Origin: Balanoglossus misakiensis
Taxonomy: Eukaryota > Animalia > Hemichordata
Direction: 5' to 3'
Assembly: GCA_040954595.2 (NCBI GenBank)
Contig: CM082577.2
Location: forward strand, 5,134,301 to 5,198,300
Length of the DNA: 64,000 nucleotides
The notes under the pieces were generated by a model. The model had not been told where the DNA came from, did not search any database, and saw only the letters and a program-made list of their open reading frames with translations. Shown in pieces: positions 12,405 through 25,012 of this stretch; positions within the stretch are counted from its first letter, which is position 1; each line of letters opens with the position of its first letter. The position numbers and the translations under genes are program-made.

Positions 12405-13043
12405 GAACTTCTCTGATTGGCAGATGACTGTCTGTCTGTGGTCAATTAGCCTATCAAAGTCCTCCTCTCTTGTTGATGATACATGTACATGTGACAGTGT
12501 GGTTGTTCACAGAATTCCAATTATGTAACACAGTCAAGTACAGTTTCTGTTGCAAAGCAACAGTTAGAGGAGTCCCAGAGTCAAATTTACATTAGTTTGT
12601 TGATACTTGACATATGTGTGACGCAGCAGAAACCATTTGGAGCATGTTCCTGTAACTCTTTGCATTTTCATAGCTCAACTGATTACATGTATTTATTTCA
12701 GTTTTTGTTTACAAAAGGACGATCAGTTCCTGTTGCGGAGGGGAATATAGTGGAAAGAAATAATAGCACAAGTAAGAATTTGCCTGAGGAATTTTAAAAT
12801 TAAATTTTTTTGAAACATAATTTATACTGTTGTTGTGTTGTCTTTTATAGTAAAGGTGGGGCAGGAATTTTACCACTCCTTATTATAATTTCTGTTCCAT
12901 GAATCAACTGGATTCTCCTGGTGTACTCTTCATGCAGTTTTTGATTTGGTGTTTCTATATGTGGCTGGCATCTGTTTTGTCAACAAAAGCGGTGTAGCCC
13001 TCAACTGTCACCAGTGACAATGCTGTATGCAAGGATGGAGAAC

Positions 13044-16000
13044 AAAACTGTTAAAAATGAAAAATTCCCGACTATGCGAACTTTTGGTGATTTTGTCATT
13101 TTTGGACATTTTTCATGGGTTATATAGCTCATGAAAACGACCAAAAATGACAATTTTTCGGTTTTGCGAATTTTCAAAATTTCGTCATTTTTTCGATAAA
13201 ACCATGGGTTATAGCTCATGAAAACAACCAAAAATGATAAAACTCAACTTTGGTGATTTTGTAATATTTGGACATTTTTCATGGGTTATAGCTCATGAAA
13301 ATTGTCAAAATATGACGATTTCCCGACTTTGTGAACTTTGGTGATTTTGTCATTTTTGGACATTTTTCATGGGTTATAGCTCATGAAAACGACCAAAAAT
13401 GACAAAACTCAACTTTGGTGATTTTGTCATTTTTGGACATTTTTCATGGGTTATAGCTCATGAAAACGACCAAAAATGACAAAACTCAACTTCGGTGATT
13501 TTGTCATTTTTGGACATTTTTCATGGGTTATAGCTCATGAAAATTGTCAAAATAAGACGATTTCCCGACTTTGTGAACTTTGATGATTTTGTCATTTTTG
13601 GACATTTTTCATGGGTTATAGCTCATGAAAACGACCAAAAATGACAAAACTCAACTTTGGTGATTTTGTAATATTTTGACATTTTTCATGGGTTATAGCT
13701 CATGAAAATCATTAAGAAATGACAATTTTTCGACTTTGCGAATTTTCAAAATTTCTTCATTTTTTCAAAAAATCATGGGTTATAGCTCATGAAAATCATC
13801 AAGAAATGACAATTTTTCGACTTTGCGAATTTTCAAAATTTCTTCATTTTTTCAAAAAATCATGGGTTACAGCTAATGAAAATCATCAAGAAATGACAAT
13901 TTTTCGACTTTGCGAATTTTCAAAATTTCTTCATTTTTTCAAAAATTCATGGGTTATAGCTAATGAAAATCATTAAGAAATGACAATTTTTCGACTTTGC
14001 GAATTTTCAAAATTTCTTCATTTTTTCAAAAATTCATGGGTTATAGCTCATGATAATCATCAAGAAATGACAATTTTTCGACTTTGCGAATTTTCAAAAT
14101 TTCTTCATTTTTTCAAAAATTCATGGGTTATAGCTCATGAAAAGCATCAAGAAATGACAATTTTTCGACTTTGCGAATTTTCAAAATTTCTTCATTTTTT
14201 CAAAAAATCATGGGTTATAGCTCATGAAAATCATCAAGAAATGACAATTTTTCGACTTTGCGAATTTTCAAAATTTCTTCATTTTTTCAAAAAATCATGG
14301 GTTATAGCTCATGAAAATCATCAAGAAATGACAATTTTTCGACTTTGCGAATTTTCAAAATTTCTTCATTTTTGCAAAAAATCATGGGTTATAGCTCATG
14401 AAAATCATCAAGAAATGACAATTTTTCGACTTTGCGAATTTTCAAAATTTCTTCATTTTTGCAAAAAATCATGGGTTATAGCTCATGAAAATCATCAAGA
14501 AATGACAATTTTTCGACTTTGCGAATTTTCAAAATTTCTTCATATTTGCAAAAAATCATGGGTTACAGCTCATGAAAATCATCAAGAAATGACAATTTTT
14601 CGACTTTGCGAATTTTCAAAATTTCTTCATTTTTTCAAAAAATCATGGGTTATAGCTCATGAAAATCATCAAGAAATGACAATTTTTCGACTTTGCGAAT
14701 TTTCAAAATTTCTTCATTTTTTCAAAAAATCATGGGTTACAGCTCATGAAAATCATCAAGAAATGACAATTTTTCGACTTTGCGAATTTTCAAAATTTCT
14801 TCATTTTTTCAAAAAATCATGGGTTACAGCTCATGAAAATCATCAAGAAATGACAATTTTTCGACTTTGCGAATTTTCAAAATTTCTTCATTTTTTCAAA
14901 AAATCATGGGTTATAGCTCATGAAAATCATCAAGAAATGACAATTTTTCGACTTTGCGAATTTTCAAAATTTCTTCATATTTTCAAAAAATCATGGGTTA
15001 TAGCTCATGAAAATCATCAAGAAATGACAATTTTTCGACTTTGCGAATTTTCAAAATTTCTTCAATTTTTCAAAAAATCATGGGTTACAGCTCATGAAAA
15101 TCATCAAGAAATGACAATTTTTCGACTTTGCGAATTTTCAAAATTTCTTCATTTTTTCAAAAAATCATGGGTTACAGCTCATGAAACTCATCAAGAAATG
15201 ACAATTTTTCGACTTTGCGAATTTTCAAAATTTCTTCATTTTTTCAAAAAATCATGGGTTACAGCTCATGAAAATCATCAAGAAATGACAATTTTTCGAC
15301 TTTGCGAATTTTCAAAATTTCTTCATTTTTTCAAAAAATCATGGGTTACAGCTCATGAAAATCATCAAGAAATGACAATTTTTCGACTATGCGAATTTTC
15401 AAAATTTCTTCATTTTTTCAAAAAATCATGGGTTACAGCTCATGAAAATCATCAAGAAATGACAATTTTTCGACTTTGCGAATTTTCAAAATTTCTTCAT
15501 TTTTTCAAAAAATCATGGGTTATAGCTCATGAAAATCATCAAGAAATGACAATTTTTCGACTTTGCGAATTTTCAAAATTTCTTCATATTTTCAAAAAAT
15601 CATGGGTTATAGCTCATGAAAAACATCAAGAAATGACAATTTTTCGACTTTGCGAATTTTCAAAATTTCTTCATATTTGCAAAAAATCATGGGTTATAGC
15701 TCATGAAAATCATCAAGAAATGACAATTTTTCGACTTTGCGAATTTTCAAAATTTCTTCATATTTTCAAAAAATCATGGGTTATAGCTCATGAAAAACAT
15801 CAAGAAATGACAATTTTTCGACTTTGCGAATTTTCAAAATTTCTTCATATTTGCAAAAAATCATGGGTTATAGCTCATGAAAATCATCAAGAAATGACAA
15901 TTTTTCGACTTTGCGAATTTTCTAAATTACTTCATTTTTTCAAAAACTCATGGGTTATAGCTCATGAAAATCATCAAGAAATGACAATTTTTCGACTTTG

Positions 16001-19000
16001 CGAATTTTCAAAATTTCTTCATATTTTCAAAAAATCATGGGTTATAGCTCATGAAAAACATCAAGAAATGACAATTTTTCGACTTTGCGAATTTTCAAAA
16101 TTTCTTCATATTTGCAAAAAATCATGGGTTATAGCTCATGAAAATCATCAAGAAATGACAATTTTTCGACTTTGCGAATTTTCAAAATTTCTTCATTTTT
16201 TCAAAAACTCATGGGTTATAGCTCATGAAAATCATCAAGAAATGACAATTTTTCGACTTTGCGAATTTTCAAAATTTCTTCATTTTTGCAAAAAATCATG
16301 GGTTATAGCTCATGAAAATCATCAAGAAATGACAATTTTTCGACTTTGCGAATTTTCAAAATTTCTTCATTTTTTCAAAAAATCATGGGTTACAGCTCAT
16401 GAAAATCATCAAGAAATGACAATTTTTCGACTTTGCGAATTTTCAAAATTTCTTCATTTTTTCAAAAAATCATGGGTTACAGCTCATGAAAATCATCAAG
16501 AAATGACAATTTTTCGACTTTGCGAATTTTCAAAATTTCTTCATTTTTTCAAAAAATCATGGGTTATAGCTCATGAAAATCATCAAGAAATGACAATTTT
16601 TCGACTTTGCGAATTTTCAAAATTTCTTCATTTTTTCAAAAAATCATGGGTTATAGCTCATGAAAATCATCAAGAAATGACAATTTTTCGACTTTGCGAA
16701 TTTTCAAAATTTCTTCATTTTTTCAAAAAATCATGGGTTATAGCTCATGAAAATCATCAAGAAATGACAATTTTTCGACTTTGCGAATTTTCAAAATTTC
16801 TTCATTTTTTCAAAAAATCATGGGTTATAGCTCATGAAAATCATCAAGAAATGACAATTTTTCGACTTTGCGAATTTTCAAAATTTCTTCATATTTTCAA
16901 AAAATCATGGGTTATAGCTCATGAAAAACATCAAGAAATGACAATTTTTCGACTTTGCGATTTTTCAAAATTTCTTCATATTTGCAAAAAATCATGGGTT
17001 ATAGCTCATGAAAATCATCAAGAAATGACAATTTTTCGACTTTGCGAATTTTCAAAATTTCTTCATATTTGCAAAAAATCATGGGTTATAGCTCATGAAA
17101 ATCATCAAGAAATGACAATTTTTCGACTTTGCGAATTTTCTAAATTTCTTCATTTTTTCAAAAACTCATGGGTTATAGCTCATGAAAATCATCAAGAAAT
17201 GACAATTTTTCGACTTTGCGAATTTTCAAAATTTCTTCATTTTTTCAAAAAATCATGGGTTATAGCTCATGAAAATCATCAAGAAATGACAATTTTTCGA
17301 CTTTGCGAATTTTCAAAATTTCTTCATATTTGCAAAAAATCATGGGTTATAGCTCATGAAAATCATCAAGAAATGACAATTTTTCGACTTTGCGAATTTT
17401 CTAAATTTCTTCATTTTTTCAAAAACTCATGGGTTATAGCTCATGAAAATCATCAAGAAATGACAATTTTTCGACTTTGCGAATTTTCAAAATTTCTTCA
17501 TTTTTTCAAAAAATCATGGGTTATAGCTCATGAAAATCATCAAGAAATGACAATTTTTCGACTTTGCGAATTTTCAAAATTTCTTCATTTTTTCAAAAAA
17601 TCATGGGTTATAGCTCATGAAAATATATCAAGAAATGACAATTTTTCGACTTTGCGAATTTTCAAAATTTCTTCATATTTTCAAAAAATCATGGGTTATA
17701 GCTCATGAAAAACATCAAGAAATGACAATTTTTCGACTTTGCGAATTTTCAAAATTTCTTCATATTTGCAAAAAATCATGGGTTATAGCTCATGAAAATC
17801 ATCAAGAAATGACAATTTTTCGACTTTGCGAATTTTCAAAATTTCTTCATATTTGCAAAAAATCATGGGTTATAGCTCATGAAAATCATCAAGAAATGAC
17901 AATTTTTCGACTTTGCGAATTTTCTAAATTTCTTCATTTTTTCAAAAAGTCATGGGTTATAGCTCATGAAAATCATCAAGAAATGACAATTTTTCGACTT
18001 TGCGAATTTTCAAAATTTCTTCATTTTTTCAAAAAATCATGGGTTATAGCTCATGAAAATCATCAAGAAATGACAATTTTTCGACTTTGCGAATTTTCAA
18101 AATTTCTTCATATTTGCAAAAAATCATGGGTTATAGCTCATGAAAATCATCAAGAAATGACAATTTTTCGACTTTGCGAATTTTCTAAATTTCTTCATTT
18201 TTTCAAAAACTCATGGGTTATAGCTCATGAAAATCATCAAGAAATGACAATTTTTCGACTTTGCGAATTTTCAAAATTTCTTCATTTTTTCAAAAAATCA
18301 TGGGTTATAGCTCATGAAAATCATCAAGAAATGACAATTTTTCGACTTTGCGAATTTTCAAAATTTCTTCATTTTTTCAAAAAATCATGGGTTATAGCTC
18401 ATGAAAATATATCAAGAAATGACAATTTTTCGACTTTGCGAATTTTCAAAATTTCTTCATTTTTTCAAAAAATCATGGGTTACAGCTCATGAAAATCATC
18501 AAGAAATGACAATTTTTCGACTTTGCGAATTTTCAAAATTTCTTCATTTTTTCAAAAAATCATGGGTTATAGCTCATGAAAATCATCAAGAAATGACAAT
18601 TTTTCGACTTTGCGAATTTTCAAAATTTCTTCATTTTTTCAAAAAATCATGGGTTATAGCTCATGAAAATCATCAAGAAATGACAATTTTTCGACTTTGC
18701 GAATTTTCAAAATTTCTTCATTTTTTCAAAAAATCATGGGTTATAGCTCATGAAAATCATCAAGAAATGACAATTTTTCGACTTTGCGAATTTTCAAAAT
18801 TTCTTCATTTTTTCAAAAAATCATGGGTTATAGCTCATGAAAATCATCAAGAAATGACAATTTTTCGACTTTGCGAATTTTCAAAATTTCTTCATATTTT
18901 CAAAAAATCATGGGTTATAGCTCATGAAAAACATCAAGAAATGACAATTTTTCGACTTTGCGAATTTTCAAAATTTCTTCATATTTGCAAAAAATCATGG

Positions 19001-22000
19001 GTTATAGCTCATGAAAATCATCAAGAAATGACAATTTTTCGACTTTGCGAATTTTCAAAATTTCTTCATATTTGCAAAAAATCATGGGTTATAGCTCATG
19101 AAAATCATCAAGAAATGACAATTTTTCGACTTTGCGAATTTTCTAAATTTCTTCATTTTTTCAAAAACTCATGGGTTATAGCTCATGAAAATCATCAAGA
19201 AATGACAATTTTTCGACTTTGCGAATTTTCAAAATTTCTTCATTTTTTCAAAAAATCATGGGTTATAGCTCATGAAAATCATCAAGAAATGACAATTTTT
19301 CGACTTTGCGAATTTTCAAAATTTCTTCATATTTGCAAAAAATCATGGGTTATAGCTCATGAAAATCATCAAGAAATGACAATTTTTCGACTTTGCGAAT
19401 TTTCTAAATTTCTTCATTTTTTCAAAAACTCATGGGTTATAGCTCATGAAAATCATCAAGAAATGACAATTTTTCGACTTTGCGAATTTTCAAAATTTCT
19501 TCATTTTTTCAAAAAATCATGGGTTATAGCTCATGAAAATCATCAAGAAATGACAATTTTTCGACTTTGCGAATTTTCAAAATTTCTTCATTTTTTCAAA
19601 AAATCATGGGTTATAGCTCATGAAAATATATCAAGAAATGACAATTTTTCGACTTTGCGAATTTTCAAAATTTCTTCATTTTTTCAAAAAATCATGGGTT
19701 ATAGCTCATGAAAATCATCAAGAAATGACAATTTTTCGACTTTGCGAATTTTCAAAATTTCTTCATATTTTCAAAAAATCATGGGTTATAGCTCATGAAA
19801 AACATCAAGAAATGACAATTTTTCGACTTTGCGAATTTTCAAAATTTCTTCATATTTGCAAAAAATCATGGGTTATAGCTCATGAAAATCATCAAGAAAT
19901 GACAATTTTTCGACTTTGCGAATTTTCTAAATTTCTTCATTTTTTCAAAAAATCATGGGTTATAGCTCATGAAAATCATCAAGAAATGACAATTTTTCGA
20001 CTTTGCGAATTTTCAAAATTTCTTCATTTTTTCAAAAAATCATGGGTTATAGCTCATGAAAATCATCAAGAAATGACAATTTTTCGACTTTGCGAATTTT
20101 CAAAATTTCTTCATTTTTTCAAAAAATCATGGGTTATAGCTCATGAAAATCATCAAGAAATGACAATTTTTCGACTTTGCGAATTTTCAAAATTTCTTCA
20201 TTTTTTCAAAAAATCATGGGTTATAGCTCATGAAAATCATCAAGAAATGACAATTTTTCGACTTTGCGAATTTTCAAAATTTCTTCATTTTTTCAAAAAA
20301 TCATGGGTTATAGCTCATGAAAATCATCAAGAAATGACAATTTTTCGACTTTGCGAATTTTCAAAATTTCTTCATTTTTTCAAAAAATCATGGGTTATAG
20401 CTCATGAAAATCATCAAGAAATGACAATTTTTCGACTTTGCGAATTTTCAAAATTTCTTCATTTTTTCAAAAAATCATGGGTTATAGCTCATGAAAATCA
20501 TCAAGAAATGACAATTTTTCGACTTTGCGAATTTTCAAAATTTCTTCATTTTTTCAAAAAATCATGGGTTACAGCTCATGAAAATCATCAAGAAATGACA
20601 ATTTTTCGACTTTGCGAATTTTCAAAATTTCTTCATTTTTTCAAAAAATCATGGGTTACAGCTCATGAAAATCATCAAGAAATGACAATTTTTCGACTTT
20701 GCGAATTTTCAAAATTTCTTCATTTTTTCAAAAAATCATGGGTTACAGCTCATGAAAATCATCAAGAAATGACAATTTTTCGACTTTGCGAATTTTCAAA
20801 ATTTCTTCATTTTTTCAAAAAATCATGGGTTACAGCTCATGAAAATCATCAAGAAATGACAATTTTTCGACTTTGCGAATTTTCAAAATTTCTTCATTTT
20901 TTCAAAAAATCATGGGTTACAGCTCATGAAAATCATCAAGAAATGACAATTTTTCGACTTTGCGAATTTTCAAAATTTCTTCATTTTTTCAAAAAATCAT
21001 GGGTTATAGCTCATGAAAATCATCAAGAAATGACAATTTTTCGACTTTGCGAATTTTCAAAATTTCTTCATTTTTTCAAAAACTCATGGGTTATAGCTCA
21101 TGAAAATCATCAAGAAATGACAATTTTTCGACTTTGCGAATTTTCAAAATTTCTTCATTTTTTCAAAAAATCATGGGTTACAGCTCATGAAAATCATCAA
21201 GAAATGACAATTTTTCGACTTTGCGAATTTTCAAAATTTCTTCATTTTTTCAAAAAATCATGGGTTATAGCTCATGAAAATCATCAAGAAATGACAATTT
21301 TTCGACTTTGCGAATTTTCAAAATTTCTTCATTTTTTCAAAAAATCATGGGTTATAGCTCATGAAAATCATCAAGAAATGACAATTTTTCGACTTTGCGA
21401 ATTTTCAAAATTTCTTCATTTTTTCAAAAAATCATGAAAATCATCAAGAAATGACAATTTTTCGACTTTGCGAATTTTCAAAATTTCTTCATATTTTCAA
21501 AAAATCATGGGTTATAGCTCATGAAAAACATCAAGAAATGACAATTTTTCGACTTTGCGAATTTTCAAAATTTCTTCATATTTGCAAAAAATCATGGGTT
21601 ATAGCTCATGAAAATCATCAAGAAATGACAATTTTTCGACTTTGCGAATTTTCAAAATTTCTTCATATTTGCAAAAAATCATGGGTTATAGCTCATGAAA
21701 ATCATCAAGAAATGACAATTTTTCGACTTTGCGAATTTTCTAAATTTCTTCATTTTTTCAAAAACTCATGGGTTATAGCTCATGAAAATCATCAAGAAAT
21801 GACAATTTTTCGACTTTGCGAATTTTCAAAATTTCTTCATTTTTTCAAAAAATCATGGGTTATAGCTCATGAAAATCATCAAGAAATGACAATTTTTCGA
21901 CTTTGCGAATTTTCAAAATTTCTTCATTTTTTCAAAAAATCATGGGTTATAGCTCATGAAAATCATCAAGAAATGACAATTTTTCGACTTTGCGAATTTT

Positions 22001-22719
22001 CAAAATTTCTTCATTTTTTCAAAAAATCATGGGTTATAGCTCATGAAAATCATCAAGAAATGACAATTTTTCGACTTTGCGAATTTTCAAAATTTCTTCA
22101 TTTTTTCAAAAAATCATGGGTTATAGCTCATGAAAATCATCAAGAAATGACAATTTTTCGACTTTGCGAATTTTCAAAATTTCTTCATTTTTTCAAAAAA
22201 TCATGGGTTATAGCTCATGAAAATCATCAAGAAATGACAATTTTTCGACTTTGCGAATTTTCAAAATTTCTTCATTTTTTCAAAAAATCATGGGTTATAG
22301 CTCATGAAAAGCATCAAGAAATGACAATTTTTCGACTTTGCAAATTTTCAAAATTTCTTCATTTTTTCGAAAAAACCATGGGTTATAGCTCATGAAAACA
22401 ACCAAAAATGATAAAACTCAACTTTGGTGATTTTGTCATTTTTGGACATTTTTCATGGGTTATAGCTCATGAAAACAACCAAAAATGACAAAACTCAACT
22501 TTGGTGATTTTGTAATATTTGGACATTTTTCATGGGTTATAGCTCATGAAAATTGTCAAAATATGACGATTTCCCGACTTTGTGAACTTTGGTTATTTTG
22601 TCATTTTTGGACATTTTTCATAGGTTATAGCTCATGAAAACGACCAAAAATGACAAAACTCAACTTTGGTGATTTTGTCATTTTTGGATATTTTTCATGG
22701 GTTAGCTCATTAAAAACTG
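13044..22719. repeat. Satellite DNA array, 9.7 kb: homogeneous core plus divergent flanks
   Basis: Units share TCATGGGTTATAGCTCATGAAAA. The core has an 87-bp period; the flanks are mostly 77- and 88-bp variants in the same orientation. Confidence 0.98.
13700..22389. repeat. Satellite core: 100 monomers (95x87, 4x88, 1x73 bp)
   Basis: Consensus tcatgaaaatcatcaagaaatgacaatttttcgactttgcgaattttcaaaatttcttcattttttcaaaaaatcatgggttatagc. The monomer lengths sum to 8690 bp. Confidence 0.95.
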
Positions 22720-23053
22720 AAGTGTCATACCACAGAACATGGTCACCTCCATTTTACATACGCCCATATATGACAGAAATGGCGTACTTCAGCATTCTAA
22801 AGACCACATGGTGGTGCTTTTTTTCCGCATGTGCCACCCACTGATAGTTTGTGATGAGCTAGATCTCAATTTGCCATGGTAACTGTAGCCAAATTGGCAT
22901 AGGTGACTTACAGTCCTCCTAATACAGGAGTGCATTTTACTCAGCATAATTCCTTCAATATGAATACCTTGATAGCCACAGCCCTTCAATCTCATACCAC
23001 TATTTACTTGAAGAACACACGAAACAATTGAATGTTCTCTTTTCAATTATTAC

Positions 23054-23059
23054 TTTATT
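23054..23059 (-). promoter_or_regulatory. Candidate distal USP1 polyadenylation signal
   Basis: AATAAA on the minus strand with GT-rich ttgtttcgtgtgttc downstream; it implies a ~3.2-kb 3' UTR. Confidence 0.45.
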
Positions 23060-24900
23060 ACAATTTTAAGTACATATCAAATTACAGAAAATACATAATG
23101 AATGTGTCATCAGCGTCCATGCCAAAACATCACCCGTTGGGAATCACTCTCTCCATCCCAACGACCACACTTCAGAAAAGAATGTTAAACTCTATTATTC
23201 CTCGCAAAACAGAAAATCTGTACCTCTGAAAACAAAAGTCTCGTGGAGAAAAAAAATGAGATACACTAGTAATAACATTCCAAGGCCATGACTGGAATAC
23301 AACTACAATGAATTGTTTTTTTCCATTGATTATAATTTAAATACAATTGATGAGAATGAAAAAAATACATGAAATATGTCTAAATATCACCACTTCTTGC
23401 AGTCTGGCTTAAAATAATGACTATTCAGCATTCTTGTCTAGGATTATGAAAAGACCACAGGTCCCACGATAACATGAAAATGACCATTGTGTTTTTAAAC
23501 GATTTTCAGAAATGCTTGTGAGAATGAGGTTGGTTGGCCCCCTAAAGAAATTTTCCCGGTAATACCCCAATAAACCGAATGGAACTGCAATTCAGTGGAT
23601 GTACTTGTAAAGCCCTGGGCTCGAAAATGGAGAGGTACAATGATCAAACAAAGCAAAAAGTTTTGTACATGCAATACTAACTTTCACTCGGGATGACTGT
23701 GATCGGATGTAATTTATACCACAGTTAGGTAAATGATGTTACAGTACGGAAAAGTCAGAGGTTGTGTACTCTGTTTGCTGTAATGCATAAAAGACACTAC
23801 ATTCTACCTGGTTCTGTCCAATCTTCACTGAAACCAAATGTCAAAAGTTCAAAATCAGACATGAAACCAGTCATGGCATTTCAAATTAAACCACTTCAGG
23901 AACTATTGAAAAGAACACGCAATATACACAGAATCCATGTTCAAACTTCCAGCTTATCAATGGATTTAGCTACGAGTGTGAAAAAAAAGACAAAATAAAT
24001 CATAATAAAAAATTAATTCAAGAATAATAATAAGCTGACATGTACAAATGCAACTAAGTTTCAGCCAAATATACAGATCAATTAATCAGAGGCAGAGGTC
24101 ATACATAGGTCACTTGACATCACCAACCTTTCAAACTGAGGGCTATGCATGACTAACTCACAATTTTGTCAAGAATGTTGTCTTGCTTCTTTGCAATGAA
24201 ATTGTTGCATGACAGAAAACTATTATGGTCTATTCAAAATGTCAAGCACCGACTTAATAATATTATAGACTCCGCAAACTTTCTGTGACTATGTTGGTAG
24301 ATGTAAACTGACAGTAACACGTGATAATGACAAGTGGCACTCAGATCTTTTTGCTTTTGTTTCGAAAAACCATCAGAAGATATTTCCTTTCTCTGTACAT
24401 GTAAATAACACACAGAAATTATTTGAAGGTTTGGGAACACGGCACAGTCAGACCAAACAAAGAAGTTTTCCTCCCCACACCCAATGGCTGAAATCTACAA
24501 AGAAGTGATGCACATTTACAGAGATGATATTAAAAACCAAACAATGAAACATTCAAGTAATATAAATATAATTTGGTTGAATTTCGGTTAACCCAATCCC
24601 TTATTGTGTGGCCTGTTTGAGCAGAACACAAACCATATATAGGAGTATCACATTATTACACATAAACTGTAAACTCTAATATATGTCTTCTGTCTACAAA
24701 ATATTAGTAAATTATGTTTTTCATCTCAGTTTTTATAAGTGAGACAAAAGCGACCAGTAAGCCTCAAAAAATAGACATTATTAATTCTATTATACAAGTG
24801 ATAAAAATTTCAATCACATTCTCTCTCACACAAAACTGCTTGGACTAATTCATATTCATATTTTATCTCCAAAGATATGGGCTATGGCGATGGTTCAGCG

Positions 24901-25012
24901 TAGTCTGACTGTGGCAACTTTCCGCCACAGTCTGTAACCATGGCAACTGTTACATTCCCAAAGTCTGTAACCATGGCAGTTTACATCACCCTAGTCTGTT
25001 ACCACGGCGACT
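24901..25012. repeat. Degenerate ~30-bp minisatellite (4 copies) with RFX X-box-like cores
   Basis: agtctg(taac)catggca repeated; GTAACCATGGCAAC at 24934-24947. Confidence 0.6.

Noticed and set aside
13728-13744. CENP-B box in the monomer (TTCG...)
   Set aside because: TTCGACTTTGCGAAT lacks the required A and CGGG of TTCGNNNNANNCGGG.
13719-22395. Very long ORFs (1242, 291, 436, 605, 314 aa) as a repeat-protein gene
   Set aside because: They are translations of an 87-bp satellite: near-identical DNA, mostly non-synonymous variants, propagated frameshifts, and no unique termini or splice structure.
13044-22719. CRISPR array (palindromic repeat with spacers)
   Set aside because: The 'spacers' are identical to each other, no cas genes are present, and the context is eukaryotic.
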